Assembly (NCBI GenBank): GCA_963751455.1
Contig: CAVVUN010000015.1
Span: forward strand, 544,001-608,000
DNA length: 64,000 bases
Direction: 5' to 3'
Origin: Nitrospirota bacterium
GTDB taxonomy: Bacteria > Nitrospirota > UBA9217
How positions within the stretch are numbered: position 1 is the stretch's first letter; each line of letters starts with the position of its first letter. Of this stretch, positions 9,450-19,390 are shown in pieces. The notes beneath the pieces were generated by a model, which was not told where the DNA came from, did not search any database, and worked only from the letters and a program-made list of their open reading frames with translations. Both the position numbers and the translations under genes were made by a program.

Positions 9450-11897
9450 ATGATGAAAACAGGTTTCGAAAAAGTTCTCGCTGGGCTCGATAAACTGTGG
9501 TTCGGGATTATTGTTCCGTTCCTGAATGCCTTGACGCCCTGGAAAGCCTTGAAGCTTCTGGCCGCAGCTTTCGTGGCGGGTATTCTCTTTGTCGCGCTCA
9601 TGTTCTTCATTCTCTCCTTTGGGCTTCCCACGGTGGAGTCTCTCAAGGACTATAAGCCGAGCCCCGGCACCGCGATCCTCGCCGAGGATGGCAGGGTTCT
9701 CGGCCACGTGAGGATCGAGAAGGGTGTGTATGTGCCGCTGTCCCGTGTGCCGAAATATGTAGTCAACGCGTTCCTTGCCACCGAAGATCCCCGCTTTTAC
9801 CAGCACCACGGCATAGATTACCGCGGGATTCTGCGCGCGGCGATGAAGGACATTATTGCTGTGCGGCTGAAACAGGGAGGCAGCACGATTACCCAGCAGC
9901 TGACCAAGGTCGTATTCCTTTCCCCCGAGCGGAAATTCACGAGAAAGATCAAGGAAATCATTCTCGCGCGAAGGCTTGAGAAGGAGCTTACCAAGGAGGA
10001 AATCCTGGAACTTTATCTCAACAAAATCTACTTTGGCCACGGGGCGTACGGCATACAGATGGCGGCAAAAACATATTTCGGAAAGAATGCCTCCGGACTG
10101 AACCAGGCGGAGGCCGCGCTCCTTGCAGGGCTGCCAAAATCGCCCATGGTTTATTCACCGTACAGCGATATCGATCTGACGAAGCTGCGGCAATGGCAGG
10201 TGTTGCAGAGAATGGTTGAAGAAGGCTATCTTACCGAGCCCCAGAGCGTCCAGATTTACAACCAGCCGCTCAATCTCGAGAATCTCCGGCACCAGGAAGA
10301 ACCGGCGCCGCACGTTGTGGACTACCTCAGAAAATATATCGAGAAGAAATATGGTTCGGAAAAACTCTACGATGGAGGGCTGAAGGTCTATACGACGATC
10401 GATATCGACCTCCAGCGTCAGGGTGTAACAGCGCTCAGGGACGGCCTGCGGGCCCTGGACAAGAGGCAGGGCTTTCGGGGCAGGGTCGGATATAAGCAGC
10501 TCAAGTCCACGCCGATTCAATGGGGTTCGCTCCATGTAATGGTTAAGCCGGGCGAAGGATTCAATGCGCATGTTCTGGCTGTGAGTGACGAATACATTAC
10601 CGTAAAAGGCCGCGGTTTGATCGGATATATAACGAAGGAAGACATGGCATGGGCCCTCCTGAAACCCAAGAAGAGAAAGGACGACCCCGACGAGTTCAAG
10701 AAGGCGCAGGAGATCATTGCGCCAGGCGATATCATAAAAGTCCGGCTGAAAGACTACGATCGGAAGAAACAGGCTGCTTCGTTCCTGCTTGACCAGACGC
10801 CGCTCGTCCAGGGGGCAGTGGTGTCCATTGAGCCCTACACCGGATATATACGGGCGATGGTCGGGGGGTACGATTTTATGGAGGGAGGATTCAACCACGC
10901 GACGGAAGCCAGGCGTCAGCCCGGATCGGCCTTCAAACCGTTTATTTACGGGGCGGCGCTCGAGAACGGTTTCACGCCGGCCTCAATACTTATGGACCTG
11001 CCGGTCATTCACGAGCAGAGCGAGTATGAGAAAAAAGCATGGAAGCCCGGGAACTACGACGAGCGTTTCCTGGGCCCGATGCGGCTCCGGACTGCGCTGG
11101 CCCTTTCCCGGAACGCAGTCACCGTAGGACTTCTGGAAAAAATCGGGCTGGACAAAACGATCCAGTTTGCGCGCAAGGCCGGTATCACAAGCGAGATCAG
11201 TTACGATTATACGACCGCGCTGGGCTCTTCGGGCGTAACCCCGCTGGAACTTACGTCCGCGTACGCGACCTTCGCGTCGCAGGGCATTCGGACGGAGCCT
11301 ATTCTCATCAAGAGCATTGTGGACGGGACCGGCGCTGTGCTTGAAAGCTATGAGCCGCAGCCGACCGAGGCGATCAGCCCGGACACTGCCTACCTCGTCA
11401 CGAGCCTGCTGAAGAGCGTCGTCGACGAAGGCACCGGGAGAGGCGCAAAAGTGCTGGGAAAACCGCTCGCAGGCAAGACCGGCACTACCAACAATTACGT
11501 GGATGCCTGGTTCGTGGGCTATGCGACAAACATCGTGACAGGCGTCTGGGTCGGATATGATAACGCCAACGCTTCCCTCGGCGACCGGGAAACGGGCGCG
11601 CGGGCGGCCCTTCCCGTCTGGGTATCGGTCATGGCGACCGCGCTTTCCGGGAAATCTGCCGAGGATTTCAGGCCGAGCGATGCGGTTGTGTTCCTGAAAA
11701 TCGATCCTGAAACGGGATTGCTTGCCCGAGAGGAAGCAGCCGACGCTGTCACCGATGTATTCCTAAAAGGCACAGAGCCTACTCAGTATGCCGACATTAA
11801 CACAGGTCCGAAGATCCGGCACCTCTATAATGCCGATCAGGGCGTTGTTGAAGATACAACCGGGAAAAAAATGCCTGTTGACGAGGTGTCAGACTAG
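9450..11897 (+). CDS. mrcA: Penicillin-binding protein 1A (class A, transglycosylase + transpeptidase)
   Basis: Transglycosylase motifs EDPRFYQHHG, GGSTITQQL, RKIKE, KEEILELYLN; transpeptidase motifs SAFK, SRN, KTGT; N-terminal TM helix. Confidence 0.95.
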   Translation: MMKTGFEKVLAGLDKLWFGIIVPFLNALTPWKALKLLAAAFVAGILFVALMFFILSFGLPTVESLKDYKPSPGTAILAEDGRVLGHVRIEKGVYVPLSRVPKYVVNAFLATEDPRFYQHHGIDYRGILRAAMKDIIAVRLKQGGSTITQQLTKVVFLSPERKFTRKIKEIILARRLEKELTKEEILELYLNKIYFGHGAYGIQMAAKTYFGKNASGLNQAEAALLAGLPKSPMVYSPYSDIDLTKLRQWQVLQRMVEEGYLTEPQSVQIYNQPLNLENLRHQEEPAPHVVDYLRKYIEKKYGSEKLYDGGLKVYTTIDIDLQRQGVTALRDGLRALDKRQGFRGRVGYKQLKSTPIQWGSLHVMVKPGEGFNAHVLAVSDEYITVKGRGLIGYITKEDMAWALLKPKKRKDDPDEFKKAQEIIAPGDIIKVRLKDYDRKKQAASFLLDQTPLVQGAVVSIEPYTGYIRAMVGGYDFMEGGFNHATEARRQPGSAFKPFIYGAALENGFTPASILMDLPVIHEQSEYEKKAWKPGNYDERFLGPMRLRTALALSRNAVTVGLLEKIGLDKTIQFARKAGITSEISYDYTTALGSSGVTPLELTSAYATFASQGIRTEPILIKSIVDGTGAVLESYEPQPTEAISPDTAYLVTSLLKSVVDEGTGRGAKVLGKPLAGKTGTTNNYVDAWFVGYATNIVTGVWVGYDNANASLGDRETGARAALPVWVSVMATALSGKSAEDFRPSDAVVFLKIDPETGLLAREEAADAVTDVFLKGTEPTQYADINTGPKIRHLYNADQGVVEDTTGKKMPVDEVSD

Positions 11898-11966
11898 ATG
11901 AGGACAGAAGAAACAGTTCAGTTCATAGTTCATGGTTCGGAGTTCGGACTCGAGGAGATGCCCTGA

Positions 11967-14750
11967 ATGGATTATAAGACAACGCTTAATCTCCCTAAAA
12001 CCGATTTCCCGATGAAAGCGAACCTCAAGGAACTTGAACCGCGCATGATCGGAAAGTGGCAGGACGAAAAAATCTACGATCAGATGCAGGAACGGCCAGG
12101 CAGCGGAAGAAGCTATATTCTGCATGACGGGCCTCCCTACGCGAACGGGCATATCCACATCGGCCATGCGCTCAACAAAATTCTGAAGGACATCATCGTC
12201 AAGTTCAAATCCATGCAGGGATTCCGGAGCCCGTATGTCCCGGGGTGGGACTGCCACGGCCTGCCGATCGAGCACCAGGTGCTGAAGAACCTGGGGCCTA
12301 AAAAAGAGGGCATGGACAAGAGCGAGATTCGCAAACTGTGCCGGGAGTATGCTGAAAAATTCATCGCTATCCAGCGTGAGGAGTTCAAACGCCTGGGCGT
12401 TTTCGGCGATTGGAACAGCCCCTATCTCACCATGAATTTCGGGTATGAGGCTGCCATTGTCCGTGAATTCGGAAAATTCGTTGCCGCGAAAGGCGTGTAC
12501 AAGGGCAAAAAACCAGTGTACTGGTGCGGGTTCGATCAGACCGCGCTTGCCGAGGCCGAAGTGGAATACGCTGACCATGAGTCGCCTTCGGTCTACGTAC
12601 GGTTTCCGCTCCCGAATGCGGATAAAACCCTCCCCTCACTTTCAGGCAAAAAGGTGTCTGTCGTTATCTGGACCACGACGCCCTGGACTCTTATCGCCAA
12701 TCTTGCAGTGGCGCTTCATCCCGAGTTCGATTATGTTGCAGCTGAAAGAGGCGGAGAGGTGTTCATCCTGGCCGAAGGACTTCTCAAACAGGCTATGGAG
12801 AAGTTTGGGTTCACGGATTACAGGATCATCGATAAATTCAAAGGCAGAAAGCTCGAAGGGCTCAAAGCCCGGCATCCTTTTATTGATCGGGACTCCCTTA
12901 TCATCCTGGGCGATCATGTGACGCTCGAAAGCGGAACCGGGGCCGTTCATACAGCGCCCGGGCACGGGCAGGACGATTACGAGGCAGGCCTGCGCTACGG
13001 CCTTGATGTTTATGCGCCGGTCGACGACAAAGGACGGTTCACCAAAGAGGCGGACGGGTTCGCGGGTGAGCAGGTGTTCAAGGCCAACAAGGCCATCATC
13101 GAGCTGCTCAGAAACAAGGGTGCGCTTCTGGCCGACGAAAAAATCGTACACTCTTATCCGCACTGCTGGCGGTGCAAAAACCCGGTAATTTTTCGCGCCA
13201 CCGAGCAGTGGTTCATCTCGATGAAGGAAAACGACCTCCTCAAAAAGACGGTGGAAAACATCCAGAGGGTGACGTGGGTGCCGGCCTGGGGCAAGGACCG
13301 CATCCTCGGGATGATGGAAAACAGGCCGGACTGGTGTATTTCCCGTCAAAGGGCCTGGGGCGTACCGATCATTGCCTTCACCTGCACGTCATGCAGCGAA
13401 TTGCTGCTTGACAAAAATGTTGTGGCCTACGTCGGGGACATCGTGGAAAAAGAAGGCGCAGACGCGTGGTTTCTGAAAACTGCCGGGGAACTCCTTCCCG
13501 CCGGAACAACATGCGGGAAATGCGGCGGTAAGGACCTCGCTAAAGAGATGGACATCCTCGACGTCTGGTTCGACTCAGGGGTGAGCCACGCGGCGGTCCT
13601 TCGACAGCGGAAAGACCTTTCCTGGCCCGCAGACCTGTACCTCGAAGGGAGCGACCAGCACCGCGGGTGGTTCCAATCGTCGCTACTTACGTCCGTCGAA
13701 ACGACCGGCCGCGCTCCGTACAATGCGGTGCTTACGCACGGCTTTACCGTGGATGGCTCCGGCAAGAAGATGAGCAAGTCCGCCGGAAACGTCGTAGCTC
13801 CGCAGGAAGTGATCGACAAATACGGCGCAGAGGTCCTGAGGCTCTGGGTCTCGGCCGCTGATTACCGCGATGATATCAGGATTTCCCAGGAGATTCTGGC
13901 CCATCTTGCGGAAGCTTACCGAAGGATCCGGAACACCAGCCGATATCTTCTCGGCAACCTTGCGGATTTCGATCCGGCTGTTGACACGGTTTCAGACAGC
14001 GACCTTCTCGAAATCGATCGCTGGGCGCTCATGAAACTCCAGAAACTCATCCAGCGCGTGGAAAAAGCGTACGAAGATTTTGAATTCCATCTCGTCTTTC
14101 ATTCACTCCACAACTTCTGCGCTGTGGAAATGAGTTCCTTCTACCTCGACATACTCAAAGACCGTCTCTATACGGCGAAGACAAAGTCCGTGGAAAGGCG
14201 TTCCGGGCAGACAACCATGCAGGCGATTCTCTCGGCGATGGTAAGGCTCATGGCGCCCGTTCTTTCGTTTACCGCGGATGAAGTGTGGAGCTATATGAAG
14301 GAGAGCGGCAAAGACAAAACCGTGTTTTTCGCGTCTTTTCCGAAGGCGGAGGAGAAATACTTCGATACCGGGCTGGAAGAGCGATGGGACAGGATTATTG
14401 CGATCCGGGGCGAGGTGGCAAAAGTGCTCGAAGCACTCCGGCGCGACAAGAAGATCGGCCACTCGCTCGACTCGGGCGTCACGCTTTTTGCCGCACCCGA
14501 GCTTTACGGGTTCCTGAGCAAATACCGCAATGATCTGGCATTTATCTTTATTGTTTCGGCAGTCACGCTGGCTGATGTTTCAGAAGCGCCCGGCGACGCC
14601 TACACCTCTGAAATCGTAAAAGACCTCAGAATTGCCGCCGGTCCCGCAAAAGGGAAAAAATGCGCCCGCTGCTGGATGTACAGCGAGATGGTCGGAGCCG
14701 TCAAGGAGCATCCGGAAATCTGCGGCCGGTGTGCAGGAAACCTGGATTAA
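11967..14750 (+). CDS. ileS: Isoleucine--tRNA ligase (type 1)
   Basis: HIGH and KMSKS motifs, DWCISRQR, C-terminal zinc finger CARC...CGRC. Confidence 0.98.
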   Translation: MDYKTTLNLPKTDFPMKANLKELEPRMIGKWQDEKIYDQMQERPGSGRSYILHDGPPYANGHIHIGHALNKILKDIIVKFKSMQGFRSPYVPGWDCHGLPIEHQVLKNLGPKKEGMDKSEIRKLCREYAEKFIAIQREEFKRLGVFGDWNSPYLTMNFGYEAAIVREFGKFVAAKGVYKGKKPVYWCGFDQTALAEAEVEYADHESPSVYVRFPLPNADKTLPSLSGKKVSVVIWTTTPWTLIANLAVALHPEFDYVAAERGGEVFILAEGLLKQAMEKFGFTDYRIIDKFKGRKLEGLKARHPFIDRDSLIILGDHVTLESGTGAVHTAPGHGQDDYEAGLRYGLDVYAPVDDKGRFTKEADGFAGEQVFKANKAIIELLRNKGALLADEKIVHSYPHCWRCKNPVIFRATEQWFISMKENDLLKKTVENIQRVTWVPAWGKDRILGMMENRPDWCISRQRAWGVPIIAFTCTSCSELLLDKNVVAYVGDIVEKEGADAWFLKTAGELLPAGTTCGKCGGKDLAKEMDILDVWFDSGVSHAAVLRQRKDLSWPADLYLEGSDQHRGWFQSSLLTSVETTGRAPYNAVLTHGFTVDGSGKKMSKSAGNVVAPQEVIDKYGAEVLRLWVSAADYRDDIRISQEILAHLAEAYRRIRNTSRYLLGNLADFDPAVDTVSDSDLLEIDRWALMKLQKLIQRVEKAYEDFEFHLVFHSLHNFCAVEMSSFYLDILKDRLYTAKTKSVERRSGQTTMQAILSAMVRLMAPVLSFTADEVWSYMKESGKDKTVFFASFPKAEEKYFDTGLEERWDRIIAIRGEVAKVLEALRRDKKIGHSLDSGVTLFAAPELYGFLSKYRNDLAFIFIVSAVTLADVSEAPGDAYTSEIVKDLRIAAGPAKGKKCARCWMYSEMVGAVKEHPEICGRCAGNLD

Positions 14751-14892
14751 TTGCGGAATCGCGTCGCCACTCTTAACCGCGCCCTGTATTCGCGCTGCGC
14801 ACTCGTGGCAACGGTGCAGGCCGTGTACTGGCCCCTGCACATTTCTAAAGTGATTTTCGGAAACGAGACATAACTATCGTAAGGAGTGCGCT

Positions 14893-15390
14893 TTGAAAAA
14901 CAAATACGTCTGGTCGGGTTCTATCATCGGCCTTATTCTTCTCCTCGATCAGTTTAGTAAATATATAGTGGAAAAACATGTACGTCTCTTTGAGGTTATC
15001 CGGGTCATCCCGGGATTTTTCAACCTGACGCATGTGCGGAACCGGGGAGCCGCCTTCGGGATTCTCTCAAATATGCCCGCCGTGTGGCGCACATTATTCT
15101 TCGTGTCCGTTACCGCTGTTGCCGTTGGGCTTATCGCGCTGTATATAAAAAAGACCAATGAGCGTCTGCAGCTCGTCGCGTTCTCTCTGATTGCCGGCGG
15201 TGCAGTCGGAAACGCGATCGACCGCATACGCTATGGTGAGGTCGTCGACTTCATCCAATGGTATGTGAAGTCGTATTACTGGCCCTCCTTCAATATAGCC
15301 GACTCAGCCATATCAGTGGGAGTGTGCTTGCTGGCCATTGACATGCTTTTTTTGCAAAAAGCCAGAACTGCAGAAATATCTAAATCCTGA
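14893..15390 (+). CDS. lspA: Lipoprotein signal peptidase II
   Basis: NRGAAFG, GNAIDR, VVDFI, FNIADSAI; follows ileS. Confidence 0.96.
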   Translation: MKNKYVWSGSIIGLILLLDQFSKYIVEKHVRLFEVIRVIPGFFNLTHVRNRGAAFGILSNMPAVWRTLFFVSVTAVAVGLIALYIKKTNERLQLVAFSLIAGGAVGNAIDRIRYGEVVDFIQWYVKSYYWPSFNIADSAISVGVCLLAIDMLFLQKARTAEISKS

Positions 15391-15477
15391 TATCGATATC
15401 CTAAATAAATTTCCTAATCTGCATGGTTGAATTGGTGATTGGAGTTTCGGATTCAGGATTTCTTCGGAAAGGAAGCA

Positions 15478-16278
15478 ATGCATCCCATATTATTTGAAAT
15501 ACCCCAAATTGATCTCGGCAACTGGGTGATCGGGCCGATTCCGATCAGGATGTACGGCCTTATGATCGGCTGCGGGTTTCTTCTCGCCATTTATCTTGCC
15601 TCGCGCCGTGCCAGGAAGGAAGGCTTGAATCCGGAACTCGTCCTGGATATGGGCATTTACCTGCTGCTCGCCGCAATAATCGGGTCGCGCGCGTTGTACG
15701 TGCTCACAAGCTGGCAGGAGTTTTCCCGCAATCCCGTTGAAATGTTCGCGATCTGGAAGGGTGGGCTCGTGTTCTACGGGGGGGTTCTGGCAGCTGTGCC
15801 GACCGGTATATGGTATGTAAGAAAGCATAATCTCCCCGTCTGGAAGACAGGCGACATCATCGCTCCCTACGCAGCGCTCGGGCATGCTATCGGCCGGCTC
15901 GGATGCTTTTTTGCCGGCTGCTGCTACGGGGCTCCTTGCAGCGGGCCGCTTTGCATTACCTTCAGCGATGCCCGATCTCTGGCGCCGCACGGGGTGCCGC
16001 TCTTCCCGACGCAGCTGACAGAGTCAGGCGCCGAATTTCTTATTTTCGGGCTGCTGCTTTTTCTGCGGCGGTACAAAACATTCGACGGACAGCTCTTCTG
16101 GCTTTACCTGATCTTTTATGCAATCATGAGGTTCTCCCTCGAGTTTTATAGAGGAGACGTGGCACGCGGCCTGTACTTTGGAGGTGCAATCTCAACCTCA
16201 CAGCTTGTTGCAATCTTCGTGCTTGCGTTTTCACTGTTCATGCTGTGGACACTGCGCAAGACCCCAATTGCAAAATGA
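15478..16278 (+). CDS. lgt: Prolipoprotein diacylglyceryl transferase
   Basis: MHPILF start after AGGA; GGLVFYGG, GRLGCF, PTQLTE; multiple TM helices. Confidence 0.95.
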   Translation: MHPILFEIPQIDLGNWVIGPIPIRMYGLMIGCGFLLAIYLASRRARKEGLNPELVLDMGIYLLLAAIIGSRALYVLTSWQEFSRNPVEMFAIWKGGLVFYGGVLAAVPTGIWYVRKHNLPVWKTGDIIAPYAALGHAIGRLGCFFAGCCYGAPCSGPLCITFSDARSLAPHGVPLFPTQLTESGAEFLIFGLLLFLRRYKTFDGQLFWLYLIFYAIMRFSLEFYRGDVARGLYFGGAISTSQLVAIFVLAFSLFMLWTLRKTPIAK

Positions 16279-16284
16279 AAATTA

Positions 16285-16463
16285 GTAACTACTCAGGTCA
16301 TTTTTTTATCCGCAGATTACGCAGATTTCGCAGATAAAAACAAAACCAGAATTCCGGTTTTAGAATCTGCGTCAATCTGCTTGTGCCCGCGCTTTGGCAA
16401 CAGCAGGGTACGAAATCTGCGGATAGAAGGGCTTTTTCCGAATCGATCAAATTTGAAAGCTAC
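16285..16463. mobile_element. MITE-like element, family A (degenerate copy, inverted relative to 32780..32946)
   Basis: Starts gtaactactcag and matches the reverse complement of 32780..32946 over more than 100 bp. The right end is degenerate (ttgaaagctac). Extra ~30-bp hairpin insert at ~16381-16411. Confidence 0.7.
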
Positions 16464-16510
16464 CGAAATTTCTCGCTTTTCAGTTTGCGTTTAAACTTAT
16501 CAATGAAGCC

Positions 16511-17446
16511 ATGCCTACAATCACTCTCATTGCCACAGAAAAGCATGTCGGCAAGCGGCTTGACATCTTTATTGCCCATTACGAACCTCAGATTTCCCGC
16601 AACCGCATTCAGACCCTTATCAAGCAAGCTTTCGCGCTGGTAAACGGCACTGCCGAGAAGCGCGGTTACAAAGTAAAGCTCGGTGACAGCATTACTCTTG
16701 AGATGCCGGAAAGAAAAATCCGGGAGGTCGCGCCTGAACCAATCCCGCTTTCCATAATCTTCGAAGATCCGCACATGATTGTTTTAAACAAACCGCCCGG
16801 GCTGGTCGTTCACCCGGCGCCCGGTAATTACACGGGCACGCTCGTCAACGCTCTCTTATACCACTACGGCAGCCTTCCCTCGTCGGGACCGGGACCTCAG
16901 GGCAGCGAGCGCGCGGGCATCGTTCACCGTCTGGACAAGGACACGTCCGGCGTCATGGTTGTTGCAAGGACCGAAAAAGCGCTTCGCAGTCTGTCGATGC
17001 AGTTCAAGAACCGGATCGTTCGAAAACGCTACCTTGCTCTTGTGTCGGGCGTTATCAAAAAAGGATCGGGTACGATCGAAGCCGGCCTTGGCAGGCACGT
17101 GAAAGAGCGAAAAAAGATCAGCGTCCACACTCACAAAGCCCGTGAGGCGATTACGATGTATACAGTCAAGGAACGATTCAAGAGCGCGACGCTCATAGAA
17201 GTCGAGATCAAAACGGGCCGCACTCATCAAATCAGGGTGCATGCCGCGCATATCGGTCACCCTGTACTCGGTGACCGGGTATACGGCTCGCCCCGGTCCG
17301 GGATGCACGACATGGTGCCGCGCCAAATGCTGCATGCAGAATCACTTTCGCTCCTGCATCCCGATACCGGCCATCCGATGACCTTCAGCACACCACCTCC
17401 CCGGGACATGGCAAATATCATTGAAAAGCTGCGTGCGCTGAAATAA
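16511..17446 (+). CDS. rluD: RluA-family 23S rRNA pseudouridine synthase (RluD-like)
   Basis: N-terminal S4 domain, NKPPGLVVHP, HRLDKDTSG, TGRTHQIRVH. Confidence 0.9.
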   Translation: MPTITLIATEKHVGKRLDIFIAHYEPQISRNRIQTLIKQAFALVNGTAEKRGYKVKLGDSITLEMPERKIREVAPEPIPLSIIFEDPHMIVLNKPPGLVVHPAPGNYTGTLVNALLYHYGSLPSSGPGPQGSERAGIVHRLDKDTSGVMVVARTEKALRSLSMQFKNRIVRKRYLALVSGVIKKGSGTIEAGLGRHVKERKKISVHTHKAREAITMYTVKERFKSATLIEVEIKTGRTHQIRVHAAHIGHPVLGDRVYGSPRSGMHDMVPRQMLHAESLSLLHPDTGHPMTFSTPPPRDMANIIEKLRALK

Positions 17447-17607
17447 TGACAGCTTTTTACATGTGCAACACTATGAAACTGTTGATTTGTCTTGATTTTT
17501 TTGCATTTTTATTATATTCTCGGTTAGATAAGACATGACTCCCTCTTTCCCCTCGCCCTCCGCGAGAGGTTCCCGTGAGGGAGAACCAGATTATGGGAGG
17601 ATATACC

Positions 17608-18537
17608 ATGCTGCAAAAGTTTTTTTCCGTCCTATCAATCGCGTTGTTCATGCCTGCGCTATCGATGGGTACCGGGACCGCGTTGGCTCAAGAGCAGGAG
17701 ATGATCATCGTCAAATACGGCTCTGTTTTTATCAAGAGTTCGGAACCGGGCGCAAAAGTCTATATTGACGACAACTACAAGGGCACATCCGACAATGTTA
17801 TAGAGAGCGTTGTTGTTGGCGACCACGTCGTTTCGTGCAAATTCGGAGATACGGCAGTGAGCGGCTCGTTTCAGATTAAGAAGAATGAAACGCTCAGGCT
17901 CAACGCGCTTTTTGACGAAGGAAAGCTTGTTCTCCTCAGGGAGCGTGAACCGGTAAAAGAAGAGGTTGAAAAGAAAAAGCCGGAACCGCTGAAGGTGGAA
18001 AAGCCGAAAAAGCCGGTCGTAGAGACCAAAAAGGTCGAGCAAATAAATTCTGTTGAAGAACGGCGCAAGAAGCAGCTCACGGTGATGAAAATCGATTATG
18101 AATTTAACGAGCAGAAGATGCAGATTGCACATGCAGCATGTTCCATGGTGAGCAAATATCTGGAAAAGAAGGACAGGGCCGGGAAATATTATCGGACAAA
18201 ACAGGGTGTGCTGCTGTGCGATGCGGGTCCCTGCGATTTAACATGGTCCGCGTCATTCCTGTATACCGACGAGACCGGAAAGCCGGATGCGGTGCTGTGC
18301 AACTGGAAAGAGACCGTATTTAACGGAATCACTCCCGCCGGTACAAGCAGACGGGAACTGGAATGCTGTTTGAACGGACAGTGCCGCAAACTGCAGGACA
18401 CGTCGGTGACGGACGTAAAAAACGAATCCGAACTGGGACGCTTCAGCCTGAACTGGTCAAAGACATCCCTGGTCATCAGGCGTTCGGACATCATGAAAGA
18501 AATCGTCGATGCCGGACGTTCTTTGGCTGATTACTAA
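17608..18537 (+). CDS. Exported PEGA-domain protein
   Basis: Signal peptide; IKSSEPGAKVYID PEGA motif; Lys/Glu/Pro linker; Cys-containing C-terminal domain. Confidence 0.7.
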   Translation: MLQKFFSVLSIALFMPALSMGTGTALAQEQEMIIVKYGSVFIKSSEPGAKVYIDDNYKGTSDNVIESVVVGDHVVSCKFGDTAVSGSFQIKKNETLRLNALFDEGKLVLLREREPVKEEVEKKKPEPLKVEKPKKPVVETKKVEQINSVEERRKKQLTVMKIDYEFNEQKMQIAHAACSMVSKYLEKKDRAGKYYRTKQGVLLCDAGPCDLTWSASFLYTDETGKPDAVLCNWKETVFNGITPAGTSRRELECCLNGQCRKLQDTSVTDVKNESELGRFSLNWSKTSLVIRRSDIMKEIVDAGRSLADY

Positions 18538-18566
18538 ATAGTTCTGCAATAGACAAATATATCAGA

Positions 18567-18605
18567 ATCCCCCTCGTGCCTTTCAGGCTGAGGGGGATTT
18601 TTTTT
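18567..18605 (+). terminator. Intrinsic terminator
   Basis: atccccctc...gagggggat stem plus a T-run. Confidence 0.7.
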
Positions 18606-18688
18606 GAGCAAACAAAGATGCGGGCTGAGACAGGTGATCGGCGATCTGAAGATGAAAGGGGCTTGTAGAAGGTGAATATTCACATAAT

Positions 18689-18863
18689 CCTAAAAAAAGC
18701 ATTTGGGACGCAGAAAAATCGGATAAACGCAGATAAGGTCGGATAAAAAAACGTTCTTGTATCGTAAAAGCAGTCACCCTGCGGGTGAATTTTTTTCTCT
18801 AAAAATTCTTTTGTTTGATCTGCGGTTATCTGCGTTCATCTGCGCCCAACTGCCGTTTTCAGG
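18689..18863. mobile_element. MITE-like element, family B (CCT ends, 5-bp TSD ATAAT)
   Basis: Ends cctaaaaaaagcatttgggacgcag / ctgcgcccaactgccgttttcagg; ATAAT at 18684-18688 and 18864-18868. Confidence 0.75.
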
Positions 18864-18951
18864 ATAATAATAATCCGGGCAGGTGAATAGTACCTTTACA
18901 GACCGTTGGAAAAACGGTATAAACGATACAAGGTAATTGAGGGCCGAATTC

Positions 18952-19176
18952 ATGGTGATTAAATCAGTCGATATCAAGCAGCTTGAAGCAGTGGTGGTCT
19001 GGAAGCTTTGCCCGAAATGCGCGATTGGTCTCGTCCATGAGACGGGAAAGAGGGTTTATCGTTGTGACCATGCCAGGTGCGCGGCAGTATTCGATTATTC
19101 TCCTTTTTCGGACAGTATGATCGATGGATTGCTCCAGAGAAAAGGAGAGATATCCGTACAAGGCAAGAAAATTTAG
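18952..19176 (+). CDS. Small putative zinc-ribbon protein
   Basis: CPKC...CDHARC, 74 aa, GAGG upstream. Confidence 0.5.
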   Translation: MVIKSVDIKQLEAVVVWKLCPKCAIGLVHETGKRVYRCDHARCAAVFDYSPFSDSMIDGLLQRKGEISVQGKKI

Positions 19177-19273
19177 ACCTTAGTACGCGAGTAAGCGGCT
19201 TTCTCTTGCCAGGCAAGTATTCTTCGCTCCCGGCTGCTTAAATATCCGGCATTATCGTTTCTCCCCCCTTTGT

Positions 19274-19305
19274 ATTCCCCCTTCTTGAGTGTAAGAAGGG
19301 GGAAT
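19274..19305. terminator. Perfect 13-bp hairpin between convergent genes (possible bidirectional terminator)
   Basis: attcccccttctt-gagtgt-aagaagggggaat. Confidence 0.6.
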
Positions 19306-19390
19306 TTTTATTTCAAGAAGGATATATTTATCGGTTTGTGCGGATTTATAACTGGGTTTTAAAGAAATCAGAGATGTGACTGCCCGGGCG

